A DNA stretch of 42,379 bases from Sulfurovum sp. (GCA_015490315.1 WFYB01000090.1:1-42379); one strand, 5' to 3'. Counted from the stretch's first letter, positions 28,689-39,495 are shown. The notes: generated by a model from the sequence alone, not told the origin. A program made the numbers and translations.

Positions 28689-29934
28689 GATAGCAGTGAT
28701 AGGATTGGGCTATGTGGGCTTGCCTCTGGCGCATGCATTTAGCAGCAAGTACAAAGTGATCGGTTTCGATATTGCGCAGTGGCGTATCGATGAGCTCTCA
28801 GAAGGACATGACCGTACACTGGAGCTGAGTGACGATCAAGTGCAAGAGGCGATCGATAACGGTATGGTGTTTACCAACAAGATTGAAGTTATTGAAGATT
28901 GTAATATCTATATTGTAACGGTTCCAACACCTATCGACAAGCATAAAAAACCTGATTTGACTCCTTTGATCAAAGCGAGTGAGACGATTGGGAAAGTGTT
29001 GAAAAAAGATGATATTGTCATTTATGAATCTACTGTTTATCCAGGCGCGACAGAGGAAGAGTGTGTACCGGTACTTGAACGTGAATCGGGTTTGAAATTT
29101 AACGAAGATTTCTATTGTGGTTACTCCCCTGAGCGGATCAATCCGGGAGACAAGGAACATACAGTCACCAAAATCCTCAAAGTTACTTCCGGAAGTACAC
29201 CCGAGATAGGCAAAAGAGTCGATGCACTCTATGCAAGTATCATTACTGCAGGTACACACTTGGCACCTACAATCAAAGTTGCCGAAGCGGCTAAGGTGAT
29301 CGAAAATTCTCAAAGAGACATCAATATTGCTTTTGTCAATGAGCTCTCCATGATCTTTAACAGACTGGGCATCGATACCAATGCGGTACTTGAAGCAGCA
29401 GGGACAAAATGGAACTTTTTGCCTTTTAAACCGGGACTTGTGGGAGGACACTGCATCGGTGTAGATCCCTATTATCTGACGCACAAGGCACAGGAGGTGG
29501 GATACAATCCGGAGATCATCCTTGCCGGACGGAGACTCAATGACAATATGGGGATCTATGTCGCCAATCAGGTGATCAAGCTGATGATCAAAAAGGGGCA
29601 GACGATCGAGGGAGCAAAAGTTTTGGTACTGGGTATCACCTTTAAAGAGAATTGCCCGGATATCAGAAACTCACGGGTCATTGATGTGATTCGAGAGCTT
29701 CAGGACTTTGGATGTGAGGTGGATGTGAGCGATTACTGGGCAGACAAAGAAGAGGTAAAAAGAGAGTATGGACTCGATATGGTTGAAAACCCGGACTTTT
29801 CAGAATACAGTGCGATTGTACTGGCAGTAGCCCATGATAAATACAAAGCACTGGATTTCTCCAAGTCTGGAGAGAGAGTGATCTATGACATCAAATCGAC
29901 ACTCGATGACAGCATAAGTGACGGTAGGCTGTAG
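28681..29934 (+). CDS. UDP-HexNAc 6-dehydrogenase, WbpO/TviB-like
   Basis: [52 protein letters not shown] and [10 protein letters not shown]. Confidence 0.9.
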   Translation: MDKIAVIGLGYVGLPLAHAFSSKYKVIGFDIAQWRIDELSEGHDRTLELSDDQVQEAIDNGMVFTNKIEVIEDCNIYIVTVPTPIDKHKKPDLTPLIKASETIGKVLKKDDIVIYESTVYPGATEEECVPVLERESGLKFNEDFYCGYSPERINPGDKEHTVTKILKVTSGSTPEIGKRVDALYASIITAGTHLAPTIKVAEAAKVIENSQRDINIAFVNELSMIFNRLGIDTNAVLEAAGTKWNFLPFKPGLVGGHCIGVDPYYLTHKAQEVGYNPEIILAGRRLNDNMGIYVANQVIKLMIKKGQTIEGAKVLVLGITFKENCPDIRNSRVIDVIRELQDFGCEVDVSDYWADKEEVKREYGLDMVENPDFSEYSAIVLAVAHDKYKALDFSKSGERVIYDIKSTLDDSISDGRL

Positions 29935-29942
29935 GATATGAT

Positions 29943-31040
29943 ATGAAATCTAGGATCACTTTTGTTCTTTCTACCCTGACCGGCGGCGGTGCCGAACGGG
30001 TTACGTTGAACATCATCAACAATCTGGATAGAGAAAAGTATGAGATCTGTTTGATACTGCTTCAGAACTACGGCGAATATCTGGATCAGATCCCAAAGGA
30101 TATAGAAGTAGAAATCCTTGATGTAAAAAGAACGCTTTTTTCTTTTGCCAAACTTCGGAAAGTGATCAAAAAGCAAGCCCCTGATATCCTCTATGCAACA
30201 CTCTTTCACACAGGTATTGCACTCTATCTTTCAACAATAGGCATGAGAGCCAAACCCAAAATTGTTTTGCGTAATGCGACATCTCCCAAGCTTGTGATGC
30301 AAAATGGTGACATAGGTCTTCTGTATCGTTTGGCGTTACAGTGGATCTATAATAAAGTCGATATGGTTATTGCTCAGACACCGGAGATGAAAGAGGAGAT
30401 GGTTGAGTATTTTCACACCGATCCACAACATATTGAAGTCTTTCTTAACCCGCTCGATATTGACAGAATAGAGAGCGCTTTGCATCATATCAGTAACCCC
30501 TTTGATGAAAAAAAGACCAATATCGTTGCAGCAGGTCGGATGAGCTATGAAAAAGGGTTTGATATCCTGCTTGATGCATTTGCCAAAGTGATTAGAGAGG
30601 AAGAGCATTTCTATTTACATATTATCGGAAAAGATGAGGGTGAGTATCAGCGTTTATTAAAGCAGGTAGCAGCGCTCTCTTTGGAAGAGCATGTCAAAAT
30701 ATGGGGCTTTCAGGACAATCCTTACCGGTTTTTCTATTTTAGTGATCTCTATGTATTGCCGTCAAGACGAGAAGGACTTCCCAATACCGTATTGGAGAAC
30801 CTCTATATCGGCAAGCCTGTGGTTGCAACGGATTGTGTGCCCTTTATCCATCGACTGATTGATGACGGGAAAAATGGCTATATTGTTGATGTTGAAGATA
30901 GAGATGCGCTCGCAAAAGCGATTTTGGCGTATAAACAACTCAGTATGGAATCTCCAGCCTTCATCTTTGCTCCCGGTGATCCAAATACTCTTTTTGCGAA
31001 GCTGATTTCTCGGGAAAAGGGTGTAGATGATAGAGAGTAA
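29943..31040 (+). CDS. Glycosyltransferase, GT4 (GT-B fold)
   Basis: GGGAERV at the N-terminus, AGR...KG and REGLPNTVLE (E-x7-E). Confidence 0.88.
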   Translation: MKSRITFVLSTLTGGGAERVTLNIINNLDREKYEICLILLQNYGEYLDQIPKDIEVEILDVKRTLFSFAKLRKVIKKQAPDILYATLFHTGIALYLSTIGMRAKPKIVLRNATSPKLVMQNGDIGLLYRLALQWIYNKVDMVIAQTPEMKEEMVEYFHTDPQHIEVFLNPLDIDRIESALHHISNPFDEKKTNIVAAGRMSYEKGFDILLDAFAKVIREEEHFYLHIIGKDEGEYQRLLKQVAALSLEEHVKIWGFQDNPYRFFYFSDLYVLPSRREGLPNTVLENLYIGKPVVATDCVPFIHRLIDDGKNGYIVDVEDRDALAKAILAYKQLSMESPAFIFAPGDPNTLFAKLISREKGVDDRE

Positions 31041-32259
31041 ATATAAAACCCTGTTATTCTTTGTCGTCAATGCGCTTATTTTTCTCAATCTTATTACCTA
31101 TAACGGTATTGTCAAGTTGACTCCGTTTCCTGCTTATGTCGTGGATCTGATGCTCTTTATGCTTTTCGGGGCACTCTATATAAAAAAAAGACTCCCCTTC
31201 CCGTGGAAAAATAAAATATTTTTCTGGCTTATCTACTATTTTGTCATAAATTTGATATATTTTGTTTTCTCAGACGCAGGTCCGGATGAATTTCAATACC
31301 TGAAAGTGATCATATTTTATATATTTTTTATTGTCTATACATCACTTTTTTTCAATCTTGATGATGAAGAGCTGACATTGACAAGAAAGACACTCCTTGT
31401 GATAGGGGTGATAGCAACGATTACACTGGTTATAGACTATATAGATCCCGGATTTTTTTTCAAATCGTTTATCAGAACACTGAGCTATTATGAACCTGGC
31501 AGGGCGGCGGCTACCTATATGAATGCCAATATCGCCGGTGGAGCCATGGTGCTTTTTTTGATATTTACAATCGATCTGATTCCCAGAAAGTGGCGTTTTC
31601 TATATATTTTTATCCTGTTTATAGGCTTGTTTGCCACCATGTCCAGATCGAATATTATGATCTTTCTTCTTGTTCTGGTGATCATGTTTTTCCAAAAGAA
31701 ACTCGACAGTAAACATTTGAGTGTTTTTTTTATAGCGTTTATTATGTTTTTTACATGGCTTTCAAACGGAGGATTGGAATATCTGGGAGAGAAGTTTGAG
31801 TTCAAGGTTACGGAAAATATGATCAACCGTGTCAATTTCTTTACAGAGAATAAAAAAGCGGATACAAGTGATATGCAAGAGCGTAAGATGATACTCAAAG
31901 CGGCACTGGAAATGTTTGAAAATAAACCTATATTTGGTAATGGTTTTGCATCAACACGCTTGTGGAACTATCGAGTGGCTCCACATAACACATTTGCGGT
32001 ACACTGGGCAGAATTTGGATTTTTTGGAATGTTGATCATTCCTCTGCTTCTATATCTTTCCTCCTATGACATCTTTAAATATGGTACACGAAGACAAAAG
32101 CAGATGGCGATACTTGTGATCATCTTTTTTACCTTTTCATGCTTCTTTTCCCATAATATGCTTGAACAGCAATTGGATGTGGCAGCTTTGGTTATGCTCT
32201 CCGTGATGGGGTATAAAAGCAAAATCAGATATCGCAAAGAGCACAAGGTACCGGCATGA
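31027..32259 (+). CDS. Wzy polymerase / O-antigen-ligase-like membrane protein
   Basis: About 10-11 TM segments with NAN, TMSRS, PIFGNG and PHNTF motifs (Wzy_C-like). AT-rich and next to the flippase. Confidence 0.75.
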   Translation: MIESKYKTLLFFVVNALIFLNLITYNGIVKLTPFPAYVVDLMLFMLFGALYIKKRLPFPWKNKIFFWLIYYFVINLIYFVFSDAGPDEFQYLKVIIFYIFFIVYTSLFFNLDDEELTLTRKTLLVIGVIATITLVIDYIDPGFFFKSFIRTLSYYEPGRAAATYMNANIAGGAMVLFLIFTIDLIPRKWRFLYIFILFIGLFATMSRSNIMIFLLVLVIMFFQKKLDSKHLSVFFIAFIMFFTWLSNGGLEYLGEKFEFKVTENMINRVNFFTENKKADTSDMQERKMILKAALEMFENKPIFGNGFASTRLWNYRVAPHNTFAVHWAEFGFFGMLIIPLLLYLSSYDIFKYGTRRQKQMAILVIIFFTFSCFFSHNMLEQQLDVAALVMLSVMGYKSKIRYRKEHKVPA

Positions 32260-33542
32260 TCAAACGAACTCTGCGCCTTTTGAACAATAGTCAGTATAAA
32301 AAGCTTATCAGCAACTTTTCCTACCTCACGGTGATCAATATCGTCAACAGGATACTGCCTTTGATTGTAGTCCCATACATTGTCCGTACGATCGGTGTGG
32401 AGAAGTTTGGTGTTGTTACTTTTGCATGGGCCTTTGCTTCGTATGGTATATTGATTACCAAATATTCATTTGAACTGACAGCTGTGAAACATATCTCTTT
32501 ACATAAGCGTAATGTTGAAGAGCTCAGCAGATACTTATGGACAGTACTCTCGACACGTTTCGTATTAACCGTTTTGGTCTTTATTGTCTATGTTGTTCTT
32601 GTATTCTCTGTTGAGAAGTTCTATGCTGAACGGGAAGTAATGCTCTATACTTTTATTGCAGTTTTGGCAGATGCGATGATGCCCATCTATTTTTTTAGGG
32701 GCATAGAGGAGATGAAATATATAGCGATATTTTCTATTTTCAGCAAGCTTTTGTACGCTGCAGGGGTATTTGTCTTTGTGCATGCTCCGGAAGACTATGT
32801 CTACATTCCTTTGCTCAACGGTATCTCACTTTTTACTGTAGGTATTTATGTACTTTACTATATTCATAAAAAATATACCTTGAGACTGATAAGACCGAAA
32901 ATAACTGAAATGTACTTGTTGCTCAAAGAGGGTAAAGATATTTTCTGGTCAAATATGAGTGTCTCATTTTATACGACGATAAACCCTGTCTTGCTTGGAC
33001 TTTTTGGAAGTTATAGTGCCGTGGGTATCTATTCGCTTGCGGAAGCCATCTATAATGCCTACAGTTCGATCATTAAAAGCTATACGGTGGTTGTCTATCC
33101 GCACCTTGCACAATATATCGATGATCTGCAGCAGCTCTACAGGCAGGCACGTAAATTTTTCAGAGCCTACGTGATGATTCTTGTTGCCGCTTCGGCGCTG
33201 CTCTATTTGATGTCAGACTTTATTATTACGCTCTTGTATGGTTCCGGGCATGATACCTCGATAGAGATATTGAAAATTTTGGCAATTGCCACACTGCTCG
33301 AACCTCTGGGAGGGTTTTTTACCGCCTCTTTGGCACTCAAGTCGCAATACCGTGTGATCCGAAGCATTACCTTTAGAACGATGCTGGTGAACCTCCTGCT
33401 GATCATACCCGCGATCTATCTTTATGGTGCAAAGGGATTGGCATATCTGTTTTTATTGCTTTCTATACTGCAGGTCTATTTGAATCTAAGCAAAAATCAT
33501 GAAATTTTACGCAACAGCAGCAAAACGAGGAGGGCAGAATAG
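32256..33542 (+). CDS. wzx: Wzx oligosaccharide flippase
   Basis: NFSYL...LPLIVVPYIVRTIGVEKFG, FFRGIEEM and VGIYSLAE, with about 12 TM segments. Confidence 0.88.
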   Translation: MIKRTLRLLNNSQYKKLISNFSYLTVINIVNRILPLIVVPYIVRTIGVEKFGVVTFAWAFASYGILITKYSFELTAVKHISLHKRNVEELSRYLWTVLSTRFVLTVLVFIVYVVLVFSVEKFYAEREVMLYTFIAVLADAMMPIYFFRGIEEMKYIAIFSIFSKLLYAAGVFVFVHAPEDYVYIPLLNGISLFTVGIYVLYYIHKKYTLRLIRPKITEMYLLLKEGKDIFWSNMSVSFYTTINPVLLGLFGSYSAVGIYSLAEAIYNAYSSIIKSYTVVVYPHLAQYIDDLQQLYRQARKFFRAYVMILVAASALLYLMSDFIITLLYGSGHDTSIEILKILAIATLLEPLGGFFTASLALKSQYRVIRSITFRTMLVNLLLIIPAIYLYGAKGLAYLFLLLSILQVYLNLSKNHEILRNSSKTRRAE

Positions 33543-34729
33543 TGGTGAAAATATCCAAATGGTTTGACGGTTATCAGGCACCGGCAGTATTGATGATCGA
33601 TGATCTGAGTGACGGCTATATTGATATCCATAAAGAGCCTTATAAGAATGACTGGGGCTATCTTTGTGATACAGAAGAGTCGGCATATACTTTTTTGCAG
33701 AGGGAGTTGCTCGTACACTATCCTGATATTAAGATCACTTTTTTTGTCCCCTATGCACGACATAATGTCATTAATGAAACAAGAGACAATTACAAAAAAT
33801 ATGCTGTAGGGGAGAGAGAAGCTTTTACAGATTTTTTGAAACGTTTGCTAAAGCAGGGGCATGAAATAGCACATCACGGATCCAATCACGGTAGATATAT
33901 CGACCCGGAGAAGATCGATACAGCAAACAACTTCATACATGAGTGGCAGCTTTTTGAGAGTGTGGAAGAGGGGGTCGCCGTGACACTGAAAGGCAAAAAA
34001 GTGTTTAGAGAGATCGTTGGTACAGAGGTCACAGGTGGTAAATATTGCGGCTATCTGCAACGCTCGAATTCAGCGGATATTATTGATGCCTGCGGTTTTG
34101 AATACTGGTGTATCGATGCAAAACTTGATCCCAAAGAGAGCGATACCTATCTCTTCGGCAAAAACAATGTGATTGCATTTCCTACCAACTTTAACGGCAA
34201 TGCATTTGTCCGCCTCAAATACAAAACAGGGAGGGAAAAAAGAGACAATCTCAAGCGTTTTACACGCTTCCTTCAGCCACTGTATAACATCACCCAATAC
34301 CATAAGCTTGAAACACTTTACAAACTTGGCAACATTATCAGTATTCAGGAACATATCTCTCCGGCAACATCTTCAGGCAGTATACAGGCATCCAATATCG
34401 TTTCAGATATGGAAAGTCTGCAAAAAATATTTGCCTATCTCTCAAAAAAATCTATCTGGTACGCTACCTGTGGAGAGATTGCAAGATATATTTATGTGAG
34501 GGATCAGTGCCGTATAGAGCATCGCAAGAATGAAATCGTGATTATATTTGATAACCCAAAACGGCTGGATAACACTAAAGTGACGGTGGAATCAGAAAAA
34601 GCATTTGTATTGGAAGATAGCGATGGGAGACGTCATGATTCCCAAAAGGGAGACGGGAAATACTTCCTATCGTTATCTGTGCATGAAGGTGAAAACAGGT
34701 ATCTCTTACTTGAGGGAGCCGAAGCATGA
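33542..34729 (+). CDS. Polysaccharide deacetylase-like (NodB/CE4-fold) protein
   Basis: LMIDD (motif 1), KITFFVP, HEIAHHGSNH (motif 2), late QEH and IWYAT..EIA, plus a C-terminal beta-domain. Confidence 0.65.
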   Translation: MVKISKWFDGYQAPAVLMIDDLSDGYIDIHKEPYKNDWGYLCDTEESAYTFLQRELLVHYPDIKITFFVPYARHNVINETRDNYKKYAVGEREAFTDFLKRLLKQGHEIAHHGSNHGRYIDPEKIDTANNFIHEWQLFESVEEGVAVTLKGKKVFREIVGTEVTGGKYCGYLQRSNSADIIDACGFEYWCIDAKLDPKESDTYLFGKNNVIAFPTNFNGNAFVRLKYKTGREKRDNLKRFTRFLQPLYNITQYHKLETLYKLGNIISIQEHISPATSSGSIQASNIVSDMESLQKIFAYLSKKSIWYATCGEIARYIYVRDQCRIEHRKNEIVIIFDNPKRLDNTKVTVESEKAFVLEDSDGRRHDSQKGDGKYFLSLSVHEGENRYLLLEGAEA

Positions 34730-35826
34730 AAATGATGTTCGTGATTCACTCACTGGGGCAAATGGGTGGTGCAGAGAAGGTATTGGTCATGCTTGCAAAC
34801 CATTTTACTTCTTCGGGACATAGTGTCTCTATCTTGGTACTTTCAGATCAGCAATCTATTTTCGATCTTCATCATGATATCAACGTAATCTCCTACAATC
34901 CATCAGGTGGGAGAAAAAGCAGAATCGGAGGTATGCTCGGACAGATAAAGTTTATATACAGCGCTTTGGTTCTGGAAAAACCCGATATCGTGATAGCATT
35001 TATTGCCGCAAGCAATATTTTGACCACCATCGCGGCGAAACTGGCAAAAAGACCGGTGATTATCTCAGAACATACCAATTATGAGCGTGCGCTGACAGAT
35101 ACGAGAGGTTCTTTGTCTGCCAAAATATGGAGAATGTTACGAAGGGTTATTTACCCTTGGGCCGACCATTTGATGATATTGACAGAACAGGATAGAGACA
35201 AATATCCATATGTGCGAGCTTTGAGTGTTCAGCCCAATCCTTTGGTTCTTTCACAGAAATATGCTTCTCTTCAGCGTGAGAAAATCGTTCTCGGTGTCGG
35301 TAGACTCTCTCATGTCAAAGGTTTTGATATGCTGATCGATGCTTTTGTGAAGGTAGAGGCTTCTGATTGGCGTTTGGTCATTACAGGAGAGGGGGATGAG
35401 AGAGAGGTATTGGAATCAAAAATACGAGAATATGGGCTTGAAGACCGTGTAGTGTTGACAGGCTTTGTACAAGATATGGAGCACTACTATAAACGGGCAT
35501 CGATCTATGTGCTTTCATCACGGGCAGAAGGTTTCCCCGGAGGACTTTGTGAAGCGATGGGATACGGATGTGCCGTTGTCGCTTTTGATTGTCCTACAGG
35601 ACCGGCGGAGATCATCAGAAATGATATTGACGGTATTTTGGTTGAGGCTGAAAATGTAGATGCGCTTAGGGAGCAGATAGCATTATTGATCCAAGATGAA
35701 GAGAAAAGAAAGCTGCTTGGAGAGAATGCCAAAGAGATCAGTGAAAGACTTGATATCAAAACTATTGCAGCACAGTGGGAAGAGATCATGACAAAGGTTA
35801 TACAACAACATGAGGAAGAGATATGA
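34726..35826 (+). CDS. Glycosyltransferase, GT4 (PglH/AmsD-like)
   Basis: GGAEKV, ISEH, GRL...KGFD and EGFPGGLCEAM...DCPTGP. Confidence 0.88.
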   Translation: MKMMFVIHSLGQMGGAEKVLVMLANHFTSSGHSVSILVLSDQQSIFDLHHDINVISYNPSGGRKSRIGGMLGQIKFIYSALVLEKPDIVIAFIAASNILTTIAAKLAKRPVIISEHTNYERALTDTRGSLSAKIWRMLRRVIYPWADHLMILTEQDRDKYPYVRALSVQPNPLVLSQKYASLQREKIVLGVGRLSHVKGFDMLIDAFVKVEASDWRLVITGEGDEREVLESKIREYGLEDRVVLTGFVQDMEHYYKRASIYVLSSRAEGFPGGLCEAMGYGCAVVAFDCPTGPAEIIRNDIDGILVEAENVDALREQIALLIQDEEKRKLLGENAKEISERLDIKTIAAQWEEIMTKVIQQHEEEI

Positions 35827-36938
35827 GTCAAAGAGTATATTATCTCGATGGAATGAGGGGATTGCTGATCCTCTCTATTGTTCTGATCCATACCCTTCAG
35901 GTATACAACCCTGATCGGACATGGTTGATATACAGTGATACAGGGATCTCATGGGCACCCTACCTGATAGAGTTGCTTATGCTTTTTACTTTGCCCTCTT
36001 TTTTTATGATGTCAGGTTATCTTGCTGCGATGAGTATCGGGAAACAGGGCGCAGCCTATTTTTTAGAATCCCGGCTGAAACGCATTGTTGTACCGATTAT
36101 AAGTGCTGCAGTGATCTTAAATTCGCTTCAGACATACCTGTTGGTCAAAAACGGCTGGATGCATTTTGCGTTATTGGTTTATTTAAAAGAAGGCAAATGG
36201 ATCTCCCATCTATGGTTCCTGATAGATTTGGCGGTCTTTTTTTCCATGATCTATATAGCTGTGAAGTATTTTTCAAGGTACTTACAGCGCTTTGACCATG
36301 TACTGCAAAAATATATTGTAAGAACCAATATCTACCTTGTGCTTACGATGATTGCAGGACTGACAGTTGTTTTTCTGGCGCTTTTTAGTCTTTTTGCACC
36401 CTATCTGAACAACCCAATACTCAATATCCGCTCTTTGGCGTTTTATCTGCCGTTCTTTCTCTTTGGGATTTTGATGTACAGATACAGGTCGCTGTATGAA
36501 AAGATGCTTGGATTGTCTCTTTTCTCTCTTATACTTGTGACGTTTTTTTCATATTCCAGCGCTTTATACTTTGCCGGATATGAAGGGAAAGCCTATCGGT
36601 TTTTATACTATTTTTTCGATACTGTCGCACATCTGTTCGCGTCAGTGCTCTGTTTTGTGCTCTTCTATCGCTTTATGAACCGGCCTACACAATGGATGCG
36701 TATCTTATCAGATGCCTCTTATACGATTTACCTTTTTCATCACCTTTTTGTGATCGCTATTGGGCTGCTGTTTATAAAGTTCGGAATAGACGGGTATCTC
36801 GCTTTGCCTCTACTCTTCTTGAGTGCAGCGGGATTAAGTCTGCTTGTTCATCGGAGGCTGATCAGTCAAATACCCTGGCTGGCTTTTCTGTTCAATGGAA
36901 AAAAACGCGTAGAACAAAAAGAACGTAGAGATGCATAA
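35823..36938 (+). CDS. Acyltransferase family 3 membrane protein (OpgC/MdoC-like)
   Basis: YLDGMRG, H in TM1, FFMMSGY, RLKRIVVP, HLWFL and SYTIYLFH, with about 10 TM segments. Confidence 0.85.
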   Translation: MSQRVYYLDGMRGLLILSIVLIHTLQVYNPDRTWLIYSDTGISWAPYLIELLMLFTLPSFFMMSGYLAAMSIGKQGAAYFLESRLKRIVVPIISAAVILNSLQTYLLVKNGWMHFALLVYLKEGKWISHLWFLIDLAVFFSMIYIAVKYFSRYLQRFDHVLQKYIVRTNIYLVLTMIAGLTVVFLALFSLFAPYLNNPILNIRSLAFYLPFFLFGILMYRYRSLYEKMLGLSLFSLILVTFFSYSSALYFAGYEGKAYRFLYYFFDTVAHLFASVLCFVLFYRFMNRPTQWMRILSDASYTIYLFHHLFVIAIGLLFIKFGIDGYLALPLLFLSAAGLSLLVHRRLISQIPWLAFLFNGKKRVEQKERRDA

Positions 36939-36945
36939 AATACGT

Positions 36946-36951
36946 TATAAT
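36946..36951 (+). promoter_or_regulatory. Putative internal -10 box (TATAAT) before the CapK-like gene
   Basis: gtTATAAT in a 45-nt gap, followed by an AAGGGG RBS. Confidence 0.4.
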
Positions 36952-36983
36952 GAAGTAGAGTAGGAATCAAAAAGGGGAAAAGA

Positions 36984-38366
36984 ATGGATTATGACAGTAT
37001 AATTCATCGCTATCAGGCAAATTACTACAAATTGCCCCGAAGCGTCAAACTTTTTTTGGGTACCCTGTATGGGAGTATACCCTTGGAGTTGAGATTTGGC
37101 AAAGCATATACGCTGCATAAAAAACTTCTCGAGAAGTTCAATGAAGGCAGCAGCGAGTATCAGCTTGATTATCAGTACAATAAAACATTGGAGACACTCC
37201 AGTTCGCTTCAGAGCACATCCCTTATTACCAGAAACTTTTTAGGGAACACGGTTTTAAGGTAGATGATTTCAAAGATTTCTCTGATCTTCAACGCATCCC
37301 CACTTTGACCAAAAAGATCATTCAGGAAAATATCGACAGCCTTTATACAGATGTGATAGACAAGCCTGTACCTTACTACACAGGCGGCAGCAGCGGAGAG
37401 CCTATGAAGATGTATGCACCGCTTTCAATTTCACGTGCCAAAGAGAAAGCCTATATGAACTACACATTCGCACAGGCGGGACACCGCTACAGAGAAAGGG
37501 CAGTTTCTCTCTCTGCACGGGGCAGTGCCGATGAGGAAGAGGGGATTTTCTGGGAATACCAGAAAATAGACAACTATCTGCTTGTATCAGTGAATCATTT
37601 GCACACTGCGTGTATCGGGAAAATAGTCGATGCAATCAAAGAGTGGAAACCAAAGACCTTTTACGGATATCCCAGTGCCATCTCTATGTTTATACGTGCA
37701 TGTAAATCCATAGGGGTAGAGAAGATGGAGGGGATCTCCGGTGTCGTACTCACTTCCGAATCAGTTTCATGGGAAGATGTGGATAGTTTTAAAAATTTTT
37801 TCAAGGCAACAGTCATCTCGCATTACGGGCATACAGAAAGAGTCGTTTCATCCTGGCGTAAAGATAGAGAAGATTATCGTTTTTTCAACTCTTACGGTCT
37901 TGTCACACACCATCAAGGTGAGATAATCGGTACCTCTTTTGATAATTTTGTGATGCCTTATATCAATTATGCGACACAGGACTATTTGGGAGATACGGCA
38001 TACTATCCCGGAACAGATATTGTAAGGAGTGCCGGTAGTATTCAGGGTCGAAAGCAGGAGTCTATAGTCACGAAAGAGAAGAAGGTGATACCGATACTGA
38101 GCATTGGTGCCGGGCACTTCTCCTCTTACGATCATATACAAAAAGCGCAGTTCTATCAAGATACTCCGGGTCAAGTGCTCTTACGTATCGTTACAGACAA
38201 TCCCAGATCGATAGATGCTGCCAATATGATCGATGAGATGCAAAAGCGCGTAGAGAACAAAATTGATTTTAGTATTGAATTTGTGGATCACATAGAGGAT
38301 ACATCACGCAGGAAACGTATCTTGTGCGTGCAAAAATTGGATCTTGACAGATATCAAATGGAGTGA
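36984..38366 (+). CDS. CapK / phenylacetate-CoA-ligase-like adenylate-forming enzyme
   Basis: IPYYQKLF, PTLTK, P-loop TGGSSGEP, YGYPS, HYGHTE, MPYINYATQD and GR hinge (ANL superfamily). Confidence 0.82.
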   Translation: MDYDSIIHRYQANYYKLPRSVKLFLGTLYGSIPLELRFGKAYTLHKKLLEKFNEGSSEYQLDYQYNKTLETLQFASEHIPYYQKLFREHGFKVDDFKDFSDLQRIPTLTKKIIQENIDSLYTDVIDKPVPYYTGGSSGEPMKMYAPLSISRAKEKAYMNYTFAQAGHRYRERAVSLSARGSADEEEGIFWEYQKIDNYLLVSVNHLHTACIGKIVDAIKEWKPKTFYGYPSAISMFIRACKSIGVEKMEGISGVVLTSESVSWEDVDSFKNFFKATVISHYGHTERVVSSWRKDREDYRFFNSYGLVTHHQGEIIGTSFDNFVMPYINYATQDYLGDTAYYPGTDIVRSAGSIQGRKQESIVTKEKKVIPILSIGAGHFSSYDHIQKAQFYQDTPGQVLLRIVTDNPRSIDAANMIDEMQKRVENKIDFSIEFVDHIEDTSRRKRILCVQKLDLDRYQME

Positions 38367-38433
38367 CTTTGTCGCCGTATTATCATCTAAGGAATGGGTT
38401 TATATACTAGAGTAGAGTTTAGGGAGATGTAAG

Positions 38434-39495
38434 ATGACTACAAATAGCAATGTCAACAGACAAACAGAAACAAAAAAGATGCTGATTCTCGGCCCTCGCC
38501 AGAACATATATGATCAGAAAAAAACAGGAGGGGTGACAATCCTTTTTGAGCTTTTTCTTGAGGAACTCAGGCAACGCAATATCTCTTTTGATGTTATCGA
38601 TACATTGGTTGACAACAATGGTGGTAAAGTACAAGCACTTATGGGCACCTATGTGCGAATTTTGAAGAAGTTCCGTCATGTTGAGCATATCTCTCTCCAG
38701 GCATCCCAAAATGTACTGCTTTATGTGGCACCGCTGGCAGTGATACTGGGTAAACTTTTTGGCAAGCAAATCTCAGTGAGGGTCTTTGCAGGCGGTATGA
38801 ATAACAAATATGAACAAAGTTTCTTGTTTAAGATGGTCTCAGGATTTGTACTGAGAAATGTAGATGCTGTCTTTTTTGAGACCAAATATCTCGTGGAGTA
38901 TTTCCGGCGTTATAACCCTCATACATATTGGCTGCCCAATGTTCGAAAACGGGAGAATAGAGAGGGAAGTTCCGATAGCTTTCAGCGTCGTTTTGTCTAT
39001 ATTGGTACGATCAATGAAGAGAAGGGGATCGATCTGCTGTGTGATATAGCCAAAAAGCTCCCTGAGGATGTGACACTTGATCTTTACGGGCCTATCATAG
39101 AGGAGAAATACAGTAATGACTATTTTCATGCAAGAGGTGTCAACTATAAAGGGGCGCTCAGACCCGATGAGGTACTTGATGTGATGTCTACCTATGATGT
39201 GCTGGTGCTGCCCTCCTACCGTGAGGGGTATCCCGGTGTGATCATAGAGGCATTTATGTTGGGGCTGCCGGTGATTGCTACAAAACTAGACGGGATAATG
39301 GAGATGGTAGAGGATGGATATAACGGGCTGCTGATCGATATCGGGAGCGAAGAGCAGCTCTATGAGGCAATCCTCTCTATAGATGCAGAACGATATAGCT
39401 CTATGCATGAACATGCCCGTGCATCATTTGAACCTTATGACAGTCATGCGCGGACAGCATTTTTTTTGGAAAAGATAGGCTATGATGTATCCTGA
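38434..39495 (+). CDS. Glycosyltransferase, GT4
   Basis: TGG near the N-terminus, YIG...EKG and LPSYREGYPGVIIEA. Confidence 0.85.
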   Translation: MTTNSNVNRQTETKKMLILGPRQNIYDQKKTGGVTILFELFLEELRQRNISFDVIDTLVDNNGGKVQALMGTYVRILKKFRHVEHISLQASQNVLLYVAPLAVILGKLFGKQISVRVFAGGMNNKYEQSFLFKMVSGFVLRNVDAVFFETKYLVEYFRRYNPHTYWLPNVRKRENREGSSDSFQRRFVYIGTINEEKGIDLLCDIAKKLPEDVTLDLYGPIIEEKYSNDYFHARGVNYKGALRPDEVLDVMSTYDVLVLPSYREGYPGVIIEAFMLGLPVIATKLDGIMEMVEDGYNGLLIDIGSEEQLYEAILSIDAERYSSMHEHARASFEPYDSHARTAFFLEKIGYDVS

